From contig JBNRSN020000003.1 of the NCBI GenBank assembly GCA_051313645.2, forward strand, positions 395,870,001 to 395,934,000: a stretch of DNA of 64,000 nucleotides, written 5' to 3'. Positions within the stretch are counted from its first letter, which is position 1. Each line of letters begins with the position of its first letter. This stretch comes from Centroscyllium fabricii (taxonomy: Eukaryota). The notes below the pieces were generated by a model. The model did not search any database and was not told where the DNA came from. It worked only from the letters and a program-made list of their open reading frames with translations. This document shows positions 34,000-45,970 of the stretch, one piece after another. The position numbers and the translations under genes were made by a program.

Positions 34000-34289
34000 T
34001 GACGTATCGTCAATATCTCCGATTAAATGAGTCGACGAGTAGTTACCGTAACTAAAGGCTTTTAATCGCTAAGTTTGGAGCTACCCTCCGGAACGAACTT
34101 CTGTACAGGAATGAGGAGCCTCGGTCAGTTTCCACCTATAAAGGGCCTCACCTGGGGGAGGAGTTAGAGGTGTGGCTGACCTGGCTCCCAACAGTATTAC
34201 ACAGGTTACAGGGCTGTGCCTTACATCTGCACAGCCCATTATTGTTACAATAATACAGTGGTAATCAATTACATAATACGGTTACCACA
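34000..34289 (-). repeat. 5' LTR of Gypsy element 1
   Basis: Direct repeat; TATA-like tttata, ATTAAA signal, gag ATG 25 nt downstream. Confidence 0.95.
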
Positions 34290-34712
34290 CCAATGTCTTA
34301 CAGTCCCATAACATGGTGGGGGAGGGGGATCTGAAGAAGACGTCATTAAAGAGGGGGCAGGAATCTCTCTGACTTAATTTATGGATGTATAGTAAAACTT
34401 CTCTGTGATATCAGCCTTTGTGGAGAAAACAGCTCCTTTGGCTATCTGCTAAAAAAAAATTAATGACGTGTAAAAAATGTAACAACGTGTTTGTGGTGGA
34501 ATAGCAACTTTAGCAACACTGTTTGTTTTAAACAGCTGTTTGCTGTCAGGACTGTTAGATATTGCGGGCTGTTGTGGAGGGGGATTTATTTTATGGGGGA
34601 CAAATTGTGTCTTTTTTCATTGGGTGCTGGAACCGGGGGTGAGATCTGTTCTCTGTTTGTTCCAAGAACAGCATTGACTGGCTGTCATGGAGTAACCAAA
34701 TCAGGCTTCATC

Positions 34713-35075
34713 ATACAGAAACACAGAAGATAGGAGCAGGAGTAGGCCATTCGGCCCTTTGAGCCTGCTCCGCCATTTTGATGAGATCATGGCTGATCAT
34801 CGAAACCCAGCACCCCCCTCCTCATATCCCCCAACACCCCCAACTCTAAGAGTTATATCTCACACACATGTTTATGGGCAATTTTTAGTGTCTCCAATTC
34901 ACCTAACCTTCATGTCTTTGGGTGGTGGGAGGAAACCGGAGTACCCGGAGGAGACCGACATGAACACGGGTAGAACATGCAAACTCCACGCAGAGAGGTC
35001 CCAGGCCAAGCAGGATTCGAACCCAGGAACTCCTTATTGCGAGGCAGCAATGCTAACCACTGTGCCACCATGTCG
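34713..35075 (-). mobile_element. HE1-like V-SINE, full length
   Basis: Minus strand tggcacagtggttagc A box, ggttcgaatcc B box, V domain, CR1 tail. Confidence 0.9.
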
Positions 35076-35184
35076 TCATCATCAAACATTTCATTGATTT
35101 TAGTCATTTTAGATAAATATATTTGTGAAGTCAGACTACAGGTACGGTCCCCACCTATAAGCTTAGCACAAAGATAAATATGCT

Positions 35185-36970
35185 GGGATAGCGTTTTCGT
35201 TCGGTTGCGCTGTTTCTTTTCAGTAAACTTCGCCTGAAATCGGCGTAACTGGTGTAAAAGATCACAGAATTTCAAGCGCAAATTACATCTAGTGCAAATC
35301 GCGATCTTTTGCGCTAGTTTAAAAACCATCGTGCTAGAAGCTGGCCCTGCCCACAATACTGGCCACGCCCCTAGGGTGACAATCACCATTGGGAGTGTCC
35401 GATAATCGCGCTCAATTGCAGGCCTACGAGGAGGCTTTAAAAATTAAGCTAGGATCGGCAGACCTTCGCAAAGTGGCCCTTCTTGCCACACCTGGAGCAG
35501 GATGCCAACTTCACTGGGCAGGAGCTTCATGGGTGGCGTTTTTGGCCACAAAAATGGCATTTCAGGGGCGCTGGCTGTCCGGATGGCGCCATGGCCGCCA
35601 CGGTTGCCGTCGAGGGTGTTAAACGCGAGTCCCAAGGCCCTGGGGAAACCGTGTGGGAGCCGTGCCCCGTGTACGAATCCAGGCTGCAGAGGGCCCCATC
35701 CACCGCATTGGAGAGCTTCACCGCCTGGTTCTGGGACAAATTATCCTGCTCGAGCAGGCGGGTGCGCGCTGGGGCCGATTGGATTCCTGCCACGTAGGCA
35801 TCGCGGACGAGGAGGTCCATGTGCTCCTGGGCGTTAACGGGTGCACATTCGCAGCGCAGAGCGAGAGCCTGAAGAGCCTCCAGGTACTCCTCGTTCGACT
35901 CACCAGGCTGTTACCTCCGTGTGGCGAGTAGATGGTGAGCGTAGACAGTGTTGACAGGCTGGAGGTACCGAGCCCTCAGCAGCTCCAACGCTGCATCATA
36001 GTCAGTGGCGTTCTTGATGATTGCATAGACCCTGCCACTGACGCAGGAGACCAGGTCCCGTCTCCTATGCGTATCGCTGACTCCGGCCACCACCAGAAAC
36101 GACTCGAAGCAGCTCAGCCAGTGCTCGAAATCGTTCGAAGCGTTCGGTGCCTGGGGGTTGAGGTCGAGAGTCTTCGGCTTGAGGATCGCTTTCCAGTTGT
36201 CTGGTGCAGCTGGCTGTTGGCTCTGTCCTTGCTCATCACCCATTGTAAATCTTAGCGAATAAAATTGATGCACTAATCAATTACGCCAGTCTTTGGTGAA
36301 TCGTAATCAAAAGCTTTTATTCGCTAAGAACAAGACCTGGTCCGCGATGAGTCCCGCCCGGAATGAGAGTCAGGTGGGTGGAGCATCCTCCTTTATACTC
36401 ATACCCGGAGGCGGGGTCAGCTGGTCCAGGTCCTTACAGAAAGGAACAACTTTATAAGCACAAACTATATACAATAATAACACAGTGTGAACTACACTAA
36501 ATGGTTCACCACAGGCTGCAAGGATGCTAATAGGTACATTTTAAAAGCTTTTGCATGTAATCTTATTTTTTAATTTATTAAGAAACTGACTCCTGTATTC
36601 CAATATAACTAGCGCAAATGGTTCAGTATATTTAAAAAAAGTCATTTCCAGTAATTTAAGATCGGGTGACACTGCGATTTAAAACGTTTATTTTTTTATG
36701 ATAAACACATTTTCAGCTGCATTAATCAAACTGCACTAGGTTACCACTATTAAATATATCAAGGAATATTTATTAAAGCAACTTTTAAAAAATAATCCTT
36801 TTTAAAACGCTGCCCGATTTCACTTCTTCATGGCAGATTTTGCCTCTGGCGATATGCAAATGAGTTTGAATGGAAAGTTGAGGGGGAACAAACACTTCTC
36901 AAACTAATTTAATTTTGGGTGCAATTTGTGCCCAGATCGCCAATGGCGCCCAAAGTGTAAACTCTATCCC
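35185..36970. mobile_element. GGG-terminated MITE (TIR GGGATAG(C/A)GTTT) hosting a truncated Gypsy
   Basis: GGGATAGCGTTTT / AAACTCTATCCC|att; CpG-rich left arm, AT-rich core, octamer ATGCAAAT near 36854. Confidence 0.65.
35527..36513 (-). mobile_element. gag: Truncated Gypsy (5' LTR 36266-36513 + frameshifted gag), relative of element 1
   Basis: LKPKTLDLNPQ..FEHWL, LLVRDAYVAG, CHFCGQKRHP; LTR TG..CA. Confidence 0.9.
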
Positions 36971-37080
36971 ATTATTTTAATGTTTCATTAACAAAAAATT
37001 GCTTAAAAAGATAAATGGAACCATAACTTGAAGTTTGGACATTTCAGTTTATTTGTGGTAGTGCACAGCCATTCCATAAT

Positions 37081-37449
37081 ACACAGAAACACAGAAGATA
37101 GGAGCAAGAGTAGGCCATTTGGCCCTTCGAGCCTGCTCCGCCATTTTTGATGCGATCATGGCTGATCATCCAAACCCAGCACCCCCCTCCAACCCTCTCC
37201 CCATATCCCCCTGACACCCCCAACTCTTCGAACTATATCTCACAAACATACTCATGGGCAAGTGTCTCCAATTCACCTAACCTGCATGTCTTTGGGTGGT
37301 GGGAGGAAACCGGAGTACCCGGAGGAAACCCACACGGACACGGGGAGAACATGCAAACTCCACGCAGAGAGGTCCCGGGCCAAGCAGGATTCGAACCAAG
37401 GAGCTCCTTATTGCGAGGCAGCAGTGCTAACCACTGCGCCACCGTGTCG
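37081..37449 (-). mobile_element. HE1-like V-SINE, full length
   Basis: Same structure as 34713-35075. Confidence 0.9.
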
Positions 37450-38089
37450 TCCTTAATTGTAGGCTTCCTGTATAAACACTCTGTCTGTTTTTTTTTAGCC
37501 TACTGGTATGGTGTATAAAATGATAGAAATTATTGTTTTAATTTAGAAGATAAGTCTGGCATGTATATGATTCTATCGGGTACTCAACTGACATAAGTTA
37601 TAACGACTATTACTGGCATGAAGCTATGCAGTTTGCCTGCAGTAAGGATAAGTATTGCATAAATATCAAGAAGCCTCACTAAGACTTTGAATAAATATAA
37701 GAGATCAAGAGGGAGAATTTGCACGGAGTGAGATGTGTCGTTGTTAAAGAAAAAGGAAGGCTCGCATTTACATAGCGCCTTGCACAACCACCCTCAAGCG
37801 CTTTACAGCCAATGAAGTACTTTTTGAAGTGTAGTCGCTGTTGTAATGTGGCAAACACAGCAGCCAATTTGCGCACAGCAAGCTCCCACAAACGAAATGT
37901 GATAATGACCAGATAATCTGTTTTTGTTATGTTGGTTGAGGGATAAATATTGGCCTACTCCTAGATAATTTCCCTACTCTTCTTTGAAATAGTGCCATAG
38001 GATCATTTACGTCCATCTGAGAGAGCAGACGCTCAGTTTAATACTTCATCCGAAAGTTGGCACCTCCAACAATACAGCATTCCCCTGGT

Positions 38090-41000
38090 GTAGAAAATGG
38101 CGGCGCGCACGATCGCAGCGGCTTTGTCTCTCCCGAGACAATTTCTTCACATCTTCATCTACATCGTAATCATCCTAGGTCTGCTCTCGAGGAAAACGAG
38201 AGCAGACCTCCATTACAGCAGGCAAGCCCTTCTCGATATCGGGGCTGGCTGTGGAGCACTTTCACTGGGAGATCGCGTTATCGATCTCCCAGCTGAAATT
38301 AACAAGAAAGCTGCAGCAGCGTGGAGTCCAGCGGGGGGCCGTCGGAGGCACAGAAGGGAACGCAGGCAGAAGAGAGGTAAGAGAGCAGGGACCCTCAGCA
38401 GGCTGAAGAGGGCCCCTCTCAAACCCTCTCTGCCCAGCATCTACCTGGCCAATGTCAGGTCCCTAGGGAGCAAAATTGAAGAAATCAAACTTGGCCTCTC
38501 CACACAGACCAGGATCAAGGAATGCTGCGCCATGATCTTCACAGAGACCTGGCTGAACGACAGAATTCCTGACTCCGCCATCCAGCTGGCGGGTCACACG
38601 GTCTTCCGCGCCGACAGAACCGCTGACTCCGGTAAGAGCAAGGGAGGCGGCCTGTGCATCTACACGAACAACGCCTGGGGCACGAACGCGGAACTGATCG
38701 AAAGTTCCTGCTCCGCCGATCTGGAATTCCTCACTGTAAAGTGCAGACCCTTCTACCTGCCTCGGGAATTTACGGCCGTCATCCTCACTGCGGTCTACAT
38801 CCCTCCACACGCAAATGCCAAACTGGCACTCAAAGATCTCCACAGGGCCATCAGCGAGCAGCAGACCGCGCATCCAGAGAGAGCCTTTATTGTGGCGGGG
38901 GACTTCAACCACGCTAACCTCAAATCGGTGCTACCAAAATTTCACAAGAATGTCTCCTGCCCCACGAGGGGCGAGAACACGCTGGACCAGGTCTACACCA
39001 ACATTGCAGAGGCTTACAAAGCCATCCCGTGCCCCCACCTCGGGAATTACGACCACCTTTCACTGTTCCTCGCCCCAGCATACAAACCACTCATCAAAAG
39101 GGTGAAAGCTTCAACCAAAACAGTCAGGGTATGGCCAGAAGGGGCAGTCTCAGAGCTACAAGACTGCTTCGAACGCACTGAATGGAGCATGTTCGCTCAC
39201 ACGGACATTGAGGAATACGCATCCACAGTGCTTTTTTACATCAACAGCTGTGTCGAGGTGGTCACTACCCAAAAAACCATCAAGTCATTCCCCAACCAGA
39301 AACCCTGGATGAACGGGGAGGTCCACTCGCTGCTGAAGGCGCGTGACACAGCTTTCAAATCTGGGGATGTGGCAGCTTACAGCACAGCCAGGGCCAACCT
39401 AAAGAGGGGTATCAGGTATGCCAAACAAAACCAGACACTGAAGATAGAGGAACACTTTCACAACAACTCGGATCCTCGACGTATGTGGCAAGGCATACAG
39501 TCCATCACGGACTACAAGTGCAGAAACACCAGCCCCCCGACCGGCGATGCCTCCCTACCAGAGGAACTCAACAACTTCTAAGCTCGCTTCGACAGGGACA
39601 ACAAGGAGCCAGCAACCAAAGTCCTGCAATCCCCGGAAGACCAGCCATTAACACTGTCCTGCTCCGACGGTAGAGGTGCTCTACGTAGAGTGAACGCACG
39701 GAAGGCCGCGGGTCCTGATGGCATCCCCGGCCGGGCACTCAAAGAATGTGCCGACCAACTGGCTGAAGTCTTCACTGACATCTTCAACCTGTCACTAGCG
39801 AAGGCAGCTGTCCCTACCTGCTTCAAGACCGCCACCATCATCCCTGTGCCCAAGAAAATGGCCGTGACGTGCCTGAACGACTACCGCCCTGTTGCACTTA
39901 CACCCATTATCATGAAGTGTTTCGAGCGGCTGGTCCTGGCCCACATCAAAGCCAGCATCCCCGCCGCCCTAGACCAATACCAGTTCGCCTACCGTGGGAA
40001 CAGATCTACAGAGGATGCTATCACTACGGCTCTTCACTCTGCACTAAACCACCTGGACAGCAAAGATACATATATCAGAATGCTGTTTATTGACTACAGC
40101 TCAGCATTCAACACCATCGTCCCCAGCAATTTGTCTACCAAACTCCTCACCCTCGGCCTGAACACCTCCCTCTGCAACTGGACCCTGGACTTCCTAACCA
40201 ACAGACCACAGTCTGTGAAGTTAGGCAACCTCACCTCCCCCCCCCCCCTTACCCTGAACACGGGGGCCCCACAAGGTTGTGTGCTGAGCCCCCTCCTCTA
40301 CTCCCTCTTCACTCACGACTGTGCGGCTGTCCATGGCTCCAACACGATCATCAAGTTCGCGGATGACACCACGGTGGTTGGCCAGATCACCAACAACGAC
40401 GAGTCAGCCTACAGGGATGAGATCCAGCGCCTTGTGGGTTGGTGTGCCGACAACAACCTGGCACTGAACACCAAGAAAACCAAGGAGATCATAGTGGACT
40501 TCCGGAGGACTGGAAGCAGAAGACACACCCCCATCTTCATCCAAGGGGCTGAGGTGGAAAGGGTGTCCAGCTTCAAGTTCCTCGGGGTCCACATCTCGGA
40601 AGATCTCTCCTGGTCACTAAACACCTCCTCTCTGGTCAAGAAGGCCCAACAGCGCCTGTACTTCCTAAGGAAGCTGAAGAACGCCAGGCTGTCATCCGCC
40701 ATCCTCTCCAACTTCTACCGCTGCACAATAGAAAGCATACTGACAAGCTGCATCACTGTCTGGTATGGTAATTGCACTATCTCAGACCGGAAAACCCTGC
40801 AGTGGGTAGTCAAAACTGCCCAACGAATTACCGGTACACAGCTACCGTCAATGGAAAGCATCTACCTCAAACGCTACTTACGGAGGTCTCAGAACATTAT
40901 TAAAGACCCCACACACCCCAGCCACAGTCTGTTCGCCCCCCTGCCCTCCGGGAGACGCTACAGAGCAATTCGCAGCCGCACGACTAGATTTCAGAACAGC

Positions 41001-41200
41001 TTCTTCCCCAGGGCTGTCAGCCTCCTGAACTCTAAAAAGAAACTCCGGTACCTGCACGCCTGATAATGTACTTTACTGTATGCAATTTGCATGTAATTTA
41101 TTTATTTGCACTACTCTCGGGAGAGTCGAGTCTTCGTCTCGTTGTATTGTACTAGTACTCTGCAATGACAATAAAACTTGAATTGAATTGAATTGAATTG
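38090..41200 (+). mobile_element. Full-length Rex1/Babar non-LTR retrotransposon
   Basis: Starts AAAATGGCGGCG, single long ORF, AATAAA + (aattg)n tail. Confidence 0.92.
38097..41063 (+). pseudogene. Rex1/Babar APE-RT ORF with a single in-frame stop at 39579-39581
   Basis: ORFs 38097-39581 and 39690-41063 are in the same frame. LANVRSL, FTETWL, AVYIPP, AGDFN, DH; [43 protein letters not shown]. Confidence 0.93.
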
Positions 41201-41529
41201 TGTGTCAGTCCAGATTTTGTGTTCAAGTCCCTGGAGTGGGTGTATTAACCCACAACCTTCTGACTCAGAGGCAAATGTGCTATGCGCTGAGCCACAGCTG
41301 ACACATGAACAAGGTTTGTGCCTGCCAGTGGTTAGGATAGGTATTTTTATGAGGGTTTCCTGAGTCAATGTCTTTGCATATCCAAGTGAATGGCCTAAAT
41401 CCTGTGTAAAATGGGTGTAGCGGGCTGAGCGCATGGAAACTGGAATGCAATCTTTCAAAAGACAGCTTAGTCTGCACACGTTTGCATCAGATTAATGGAC
41501 AACCACGCAAGGAAAGAGCATTAGATGAT

Positions 41530-41700
41530 AAAATACTGCAGATGCTGGAAATCCAAAACAACAAGAGAAAATGCTGGAAAAACTCAGTAGTTCCGGTAAA
41601 ATCGGTGGAGAGAAACACAGAATCAACGTTTCGGGGAGTTCCCTTTATCGAGACTGATGAAACAGCCGATGTTGTTCTACCAGCATTTTCTGTTGTTGTT
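41530..41700. mobile_element. Short Penelope-derived element with inverted ends
   Basis: aaatactgcagatgctggaaatc..aacaagagaaaatgctgg / ccagcattttctgttgttgtt; degenerate hammerhead core. Confidence 0.6.
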
Positions 41701-41785
41701 AAGGAAGGAGCATTGTTTGGTTCACTCCCTTGACTCTCAGACTGCATGCCTCATCAATTATTTTATGACACTGTTCAAAAATGTT

Positions 41786-43948
41786 TGTAGCAGGATCCTC
41801 TGGAGCAAGCGATCAAAACACGGCCCCAGAGCATGGCACCCAGGCACTGTAGGGGGGTGGATTTTGCCGGAAGGGCGGGAACCTGGCGGGGATTGGTCTG
41901 GGCCGCCTCCGGCCGCGCCAGCCCAAACAGCTGGTAAGGCCACGCAATTTTATTTTAATTAGGTTGTTAAATCCCCGTCGGTGGCAGCGGGAGGTAATTA
42001 GATCAATCGAGTCAGGCTCCAGCGGGGCTGCGAGCAGTTTGATTGACAGTTCCAGCACTGGTTGTTGTCAGTTCCCATGGAAACACTCCACTGTGACATC
42101 ACAGTGGAGTGCAGCCAATGGGAAAGGTCAAGAGCTGGTGACTGACAGGTGGGCGGGTGGGTTCAGAATCCCTCACAACTCACAGCGGTTGTCAGGAACT
42201 GTGCAGAACTGAGATTTCTCAGTTTATGCTCACAGCTGCTGCTGCAGCCAGAACAGAGTTACTTACTCCTCTAAGGTGCTGGAGGCATGCCAAGCATTTG
42301 GTAGCATGTCCTTCACACCTTGAAGGAGAAAGTTATAAATGCAAGAAGTCACACAACATCAGGTTATAGTCCAAAAGTAATAACCAGCGCTGTGCTCCTG
42401 CTGGGTTTCACCCAGTGGGGTTTAGGGTGGCGGGGTTATGGCGGGAAACAGGGCAGAATGGCTGAGGGCCCTTAAAATGGCATTAAAGATGCCAATTAAG
42501 GGCCCTTAACGAGGTGACAACCCATTCCCACTGGTCGGCGGCGGGAAGGTTTTGGGGCGGGGAATCTGGGTGGGTGAAAATGAGAAAGTGGCGGGGATCC
42601 AGCTGGGCGGGGTGGGAACCGCCAGTTCCGCTATTTTACCGGCCGGGCCGCCGAAAATCCCGCCTCACGGGGACATGAAAATCACCCCCTAGGATTCTAA
42701 AAATTCCCACGCCTCCCGCAGTTATTATTAATAAAAGCCATACAGAGAAAAAGGGCTTCCAGTAAAAGGTTGCGAGTTTAAAACAGGCAACAGGCCCAGG
42801 CCAAGGTCAAAGGGCATGGAATGTGACATACCTGAAGCTAGAAAGCCAGTCTTGAATTCCAGACAGACAGCGAAGATTTGATACTCTCCAAAGACAATGG
42901 GGCTCAGGAGGTGACCTCATCTCGCAAACTGGGAGATGATTATACCTTGTGCATATATAAGCGCCTACAGTTAACTTGGCTAGCAAGGCAGAAAACAAGT
43001 AACTCGAACTTTGCATAAAACAAACATTCCAAACTTCAGAACAATTCAAAACCCGATGCTGGGCAGTTAACGCTTTCCAGGACAATGCACCCAAAAACAA
43101 TAGGGCCATTAAGGAAGGGGACCACCTCCCCAAAACTCATTAAAGTGGATGGCCATAATCGGTTCTATGAGCCTGCCAAAATTTTGACAAAAGCCCGGAT
43201 TTGATTTGGCGCGAGATAAGAGATACAAATTTTGTATAACTGTAAGGCCCCAAAGGCAAGCAGGCAGCCAGACACTCGACAGAAAAGAGAGGAGAATCGG
43301 AACGCCAGGCGACGGAAGGCACCAAGGAGGAAATGAAACATCTGGGCGGGAGGACAAGCAAAATCGGCAACGAACAAGACCAGGACAATGAAACCCGAAG
43401 TCCCTGCATGCAATTAAAAGGGCTCGGTAAGGATAGTATTCTCCCTAATTGCCTAGTGGAGAAATAGTGCGTACTCGCCCAACAGCATCTATCGTGCAGC
43501 TCCTGAGGGAGGCAGACCACGTGAGGGCAGCAGGCCCCTAAGGACAAGAAGAAGCAATCCCCAAAATCGCAACTGAAGTAACAAAGCCTTGCTGGGTGAG
43601 CATGAATCCCTGGGTCTTTATAGACAAATCTAGTTAGGTAGTAGGGGTGGGACCAGGTTAAAAGGGAGTAAATTTAACTGTGATCTTTCCCTCATTGTGC
43701 CATATGTTCCCCAATGCCAGTTATTGTATTTTTAGCACCTGGAGTTTAGTCCTGTAATTTAAGTTAAGGTAACTTCCCTCTGTTATAAATTTGTTGTGTG
43801 ACTCTCAAAAATAAAAGTAGTTTTCTTGCACCAAATCTGTTCCAGTTGGGTATCGCAAATCTGCACCTAAGTCCAGTGTCTAGAACCCCAGGGGCGCGGG
43901 AGCGATTCGAACCATTCAAGGTAGTCAGAGACGAAGCTGACCCCCACA
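41786..43948 (+). mobile_element. Possible long solo LTR interrupted by a MITE
   Basis: TGTAG...CCACA ends, TATATAA near 42954, AATAAA near 43810, non-coding. No matching TSD found. Confidence 0.35.
41853..42689. mobile_element. Harbinger-type MITE family C
   Basis: TIR GGGGGTG(G)ATTTT / AAAATCACCCCC, TSD TAG/TAG. Confidence 0.85.
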
Positions 43949-44429
43949 GGCCATCCCCTACAGCACAGAAGACAAACGCTGAATTTTCTGGCTCAGACCT
44001 CCGAGCATTCCAAGGAGGAAAAGATTCCAGGGAGTCCATGCCAGCAAGCCTGCCAGAAATGTCCTTCATGCCACTTGCAGGACGGTGGCACTCAGTGCCG
44101 ACCAATGCCTCAAGATGTTCAACGGCCACACCAGGGCAAGCAAGATTACACACTGGAAACTCTCCTTTTTCTTGCATGCCCATCCTGACCACCAGCACAC
44201 TCTTCAACTTCATGATGTAACACTTGTACAACCAACCCTTCACAGTGTACACTGGATAAGTAAGGCTCTAAATTGGCATTTTGTACTATGGCCACCCAGC
44301 TGCCCTAACATGAATTGTTGATGTGCACAATGCTAAAACTGCGTCCTTCACTTTAACAGGCTGATACTCCCACATCTTTGACTTTAGCTCTCCCATACCA
44401 CTTGGTACATACCCTTACCCTCATATATT

Positions 44430-44617
44430 CAAATGTAAGAAGTCACACACCAGGTTATAGTCCAACAGTTTTATTTGAAATCACAAGCTTTCAGAGCGTT
44501 GCTCCTTCAAGCGTTCAGAGCATTGCTCCTTCAAATAAAACTGTTGGACTATAACCTGGTGTTGTGTGACTTCTTATATTTGTCCACCCCAGTCCCACAC
44601 CGGCACCTCCACATCAT
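44430..44617. mobile_element. Head-to-head Penelope-like termini forming a ~50-bp-arm inverted repeat
   Basis: 44430-44479 is the reverse complement of 44530-44582; homologous to 9406-9545. Confidence 0.8.
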
Positions 44618-45246
44618 GATCATATATTCAATCTTGCAGGAGAAAATGATTCACTATGCCCACCAGAGGGGAAATCCTCATCTTTAAACCACTCAGATCC
44701 TACGAGGAGAGGTCATGGAGCTCGTGCGGAGGCACTCTGCGCTTGCTAACAGAGATGAAGAGTTCAATGGCATATTGCCAGCACCAGGTTAGTGACTGGA
44801 CACCTACACTGTCAGCCTGGTGTTCCTGTGAAGTACCACACAAGCAAAACCTTCTGCTCCCTTCACTCTCTCCACAATCCCAAGCTCACTCACTCTTAGC
44901 TTTTCACCTCTTTTCCTGCAGATGGTCCACAGCGTCGGGGAGGGGTGTGATGGGGGGGTCGGGGGTCGGGGGTGCTGGTTGGTGTTGGGGTGTGGGAGAG
45001 CACAGGAGGAAGAAGACAAAGATGACACCATCTCAGCTACTTTCACCCAGGGGCAATTAGATGGCGTAATTGAAGATGTGGCACTTTCGCAGTAGAGGCT
45101 GAGGCGAAGTTTTCCTATGGGTTTGTAATTGTGGGACCAAAAAATTCATAGATACTCACCTGAAGAGAAGGATGTTCAAAGCACAGCAAGCTCTGAGGTC
45201 AATCTCTATGAATCTGCAGCAATTGACAGGTGTGAGTCGCAAGTCA

Positions 45247-45970
45247 GGGCGCAAAATTCGCGCTCTAGCACCGCGGGCAGCTCCAAATTAGCGCTAAAAA
45301 TAGCGCCCAGCGCTAAATTCAGCTGGGCGCTAAGTTGGGGGCTAACTGGCAGTGCCCCAACGAATTTAGCGCACAGCTGGATGTCGAGAATGACGTCACC
45401 AGGCCGCGTAGCGCCTCGGAGGCGCCCACGGCCGAAATTGGGCAGCGTCCGCCATCTTGTCCCTGGGCGCTGCCTGAACAGCTTTCCCTGGCCGAAAAAG
45501 CAGCGCTCAAGCACTGCTTAAAGGGAAGTGCAGCGGTCGGCCATTTTTATTGCTGGCCGACCACCAGCACTTTCCCCCTCGGCCTCCCCCGCTGCTTCCC
45601 CCGGCGGGATGAGGCCTACGTCAGCTGAGCCCGGCACTTCCCTCCAGTGCCGGGCTGGTTCTCCGCCTCTTGCTCCCTCAGCAGCCCCGCAGGGCTCTGG
45701 CTGCAACCGCGCTAGGCCGCTCCCTTTTAATGGGGGAGGAAGGCCTGCCATTCTGCGGGCCGCCGCTGCAGCCTCACTCACGCAGCGCTGCCCCAACAAC
45801 CCTGTATTCGGCCGCCTCGCACTAAGAGCGAGGCGGCCTGCTCAATTCAGTGCCCGCCCACCCGTAATGGGCAATGGCGGCCAACTTCAGCATTTTTAGC
45901 GCCAGCTCATCACTGGTGCTAAAAATAGCCCGGGTCAGCACCACAAAGTGTGCGCTAACCAATTTCTCCC
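45247..45970. mobile_element. CpG-rich Harbinger-type MITE (family D-related)
   Basis: GGGCGCAAAATT / AATTTCTCCC; internal homology to 46685-47407 (gagcccggcacttccctc..cgcgctagg..tcccctttaa). Confidence 0.75.

Larger units (their letters stand above)
29442..34289 (-). mobile_element. Complete Ty3/Gypsy LTR retrotransposon, very young
   Basis: 290-bp LTRs (TG..CA) differing at 1 site that I could find, TSD CCAAT, PPT aagaaggggtgaa, gag-PR-RT-RH-IN order. Confidence 0.97.
37750..41305 (-). mobile_element. Deu-domain tRNA SINE (SacSINE1-like) split by the Rex1 insertion
   Basis: gcgctttacagccaatgaagtactttt..cagccaatttgcgcacagcaag body (37795-38085) and tRNA-like head at 41200-41305; second copy at 58600-58842. 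Confidence 0.7.

Noticed and set aside
34380-34700. Possible conserved non-coding enhancer in unique sequence
   Set aside because: Cannot be judged without cross-species alignment.
41853-42689. Same 837-bp length as MITEs A1 and A2
   Set aside because: This copy includes a small Penelope-like insertion and other MITEs range from about 710 to 860 bp; probably coincidence.
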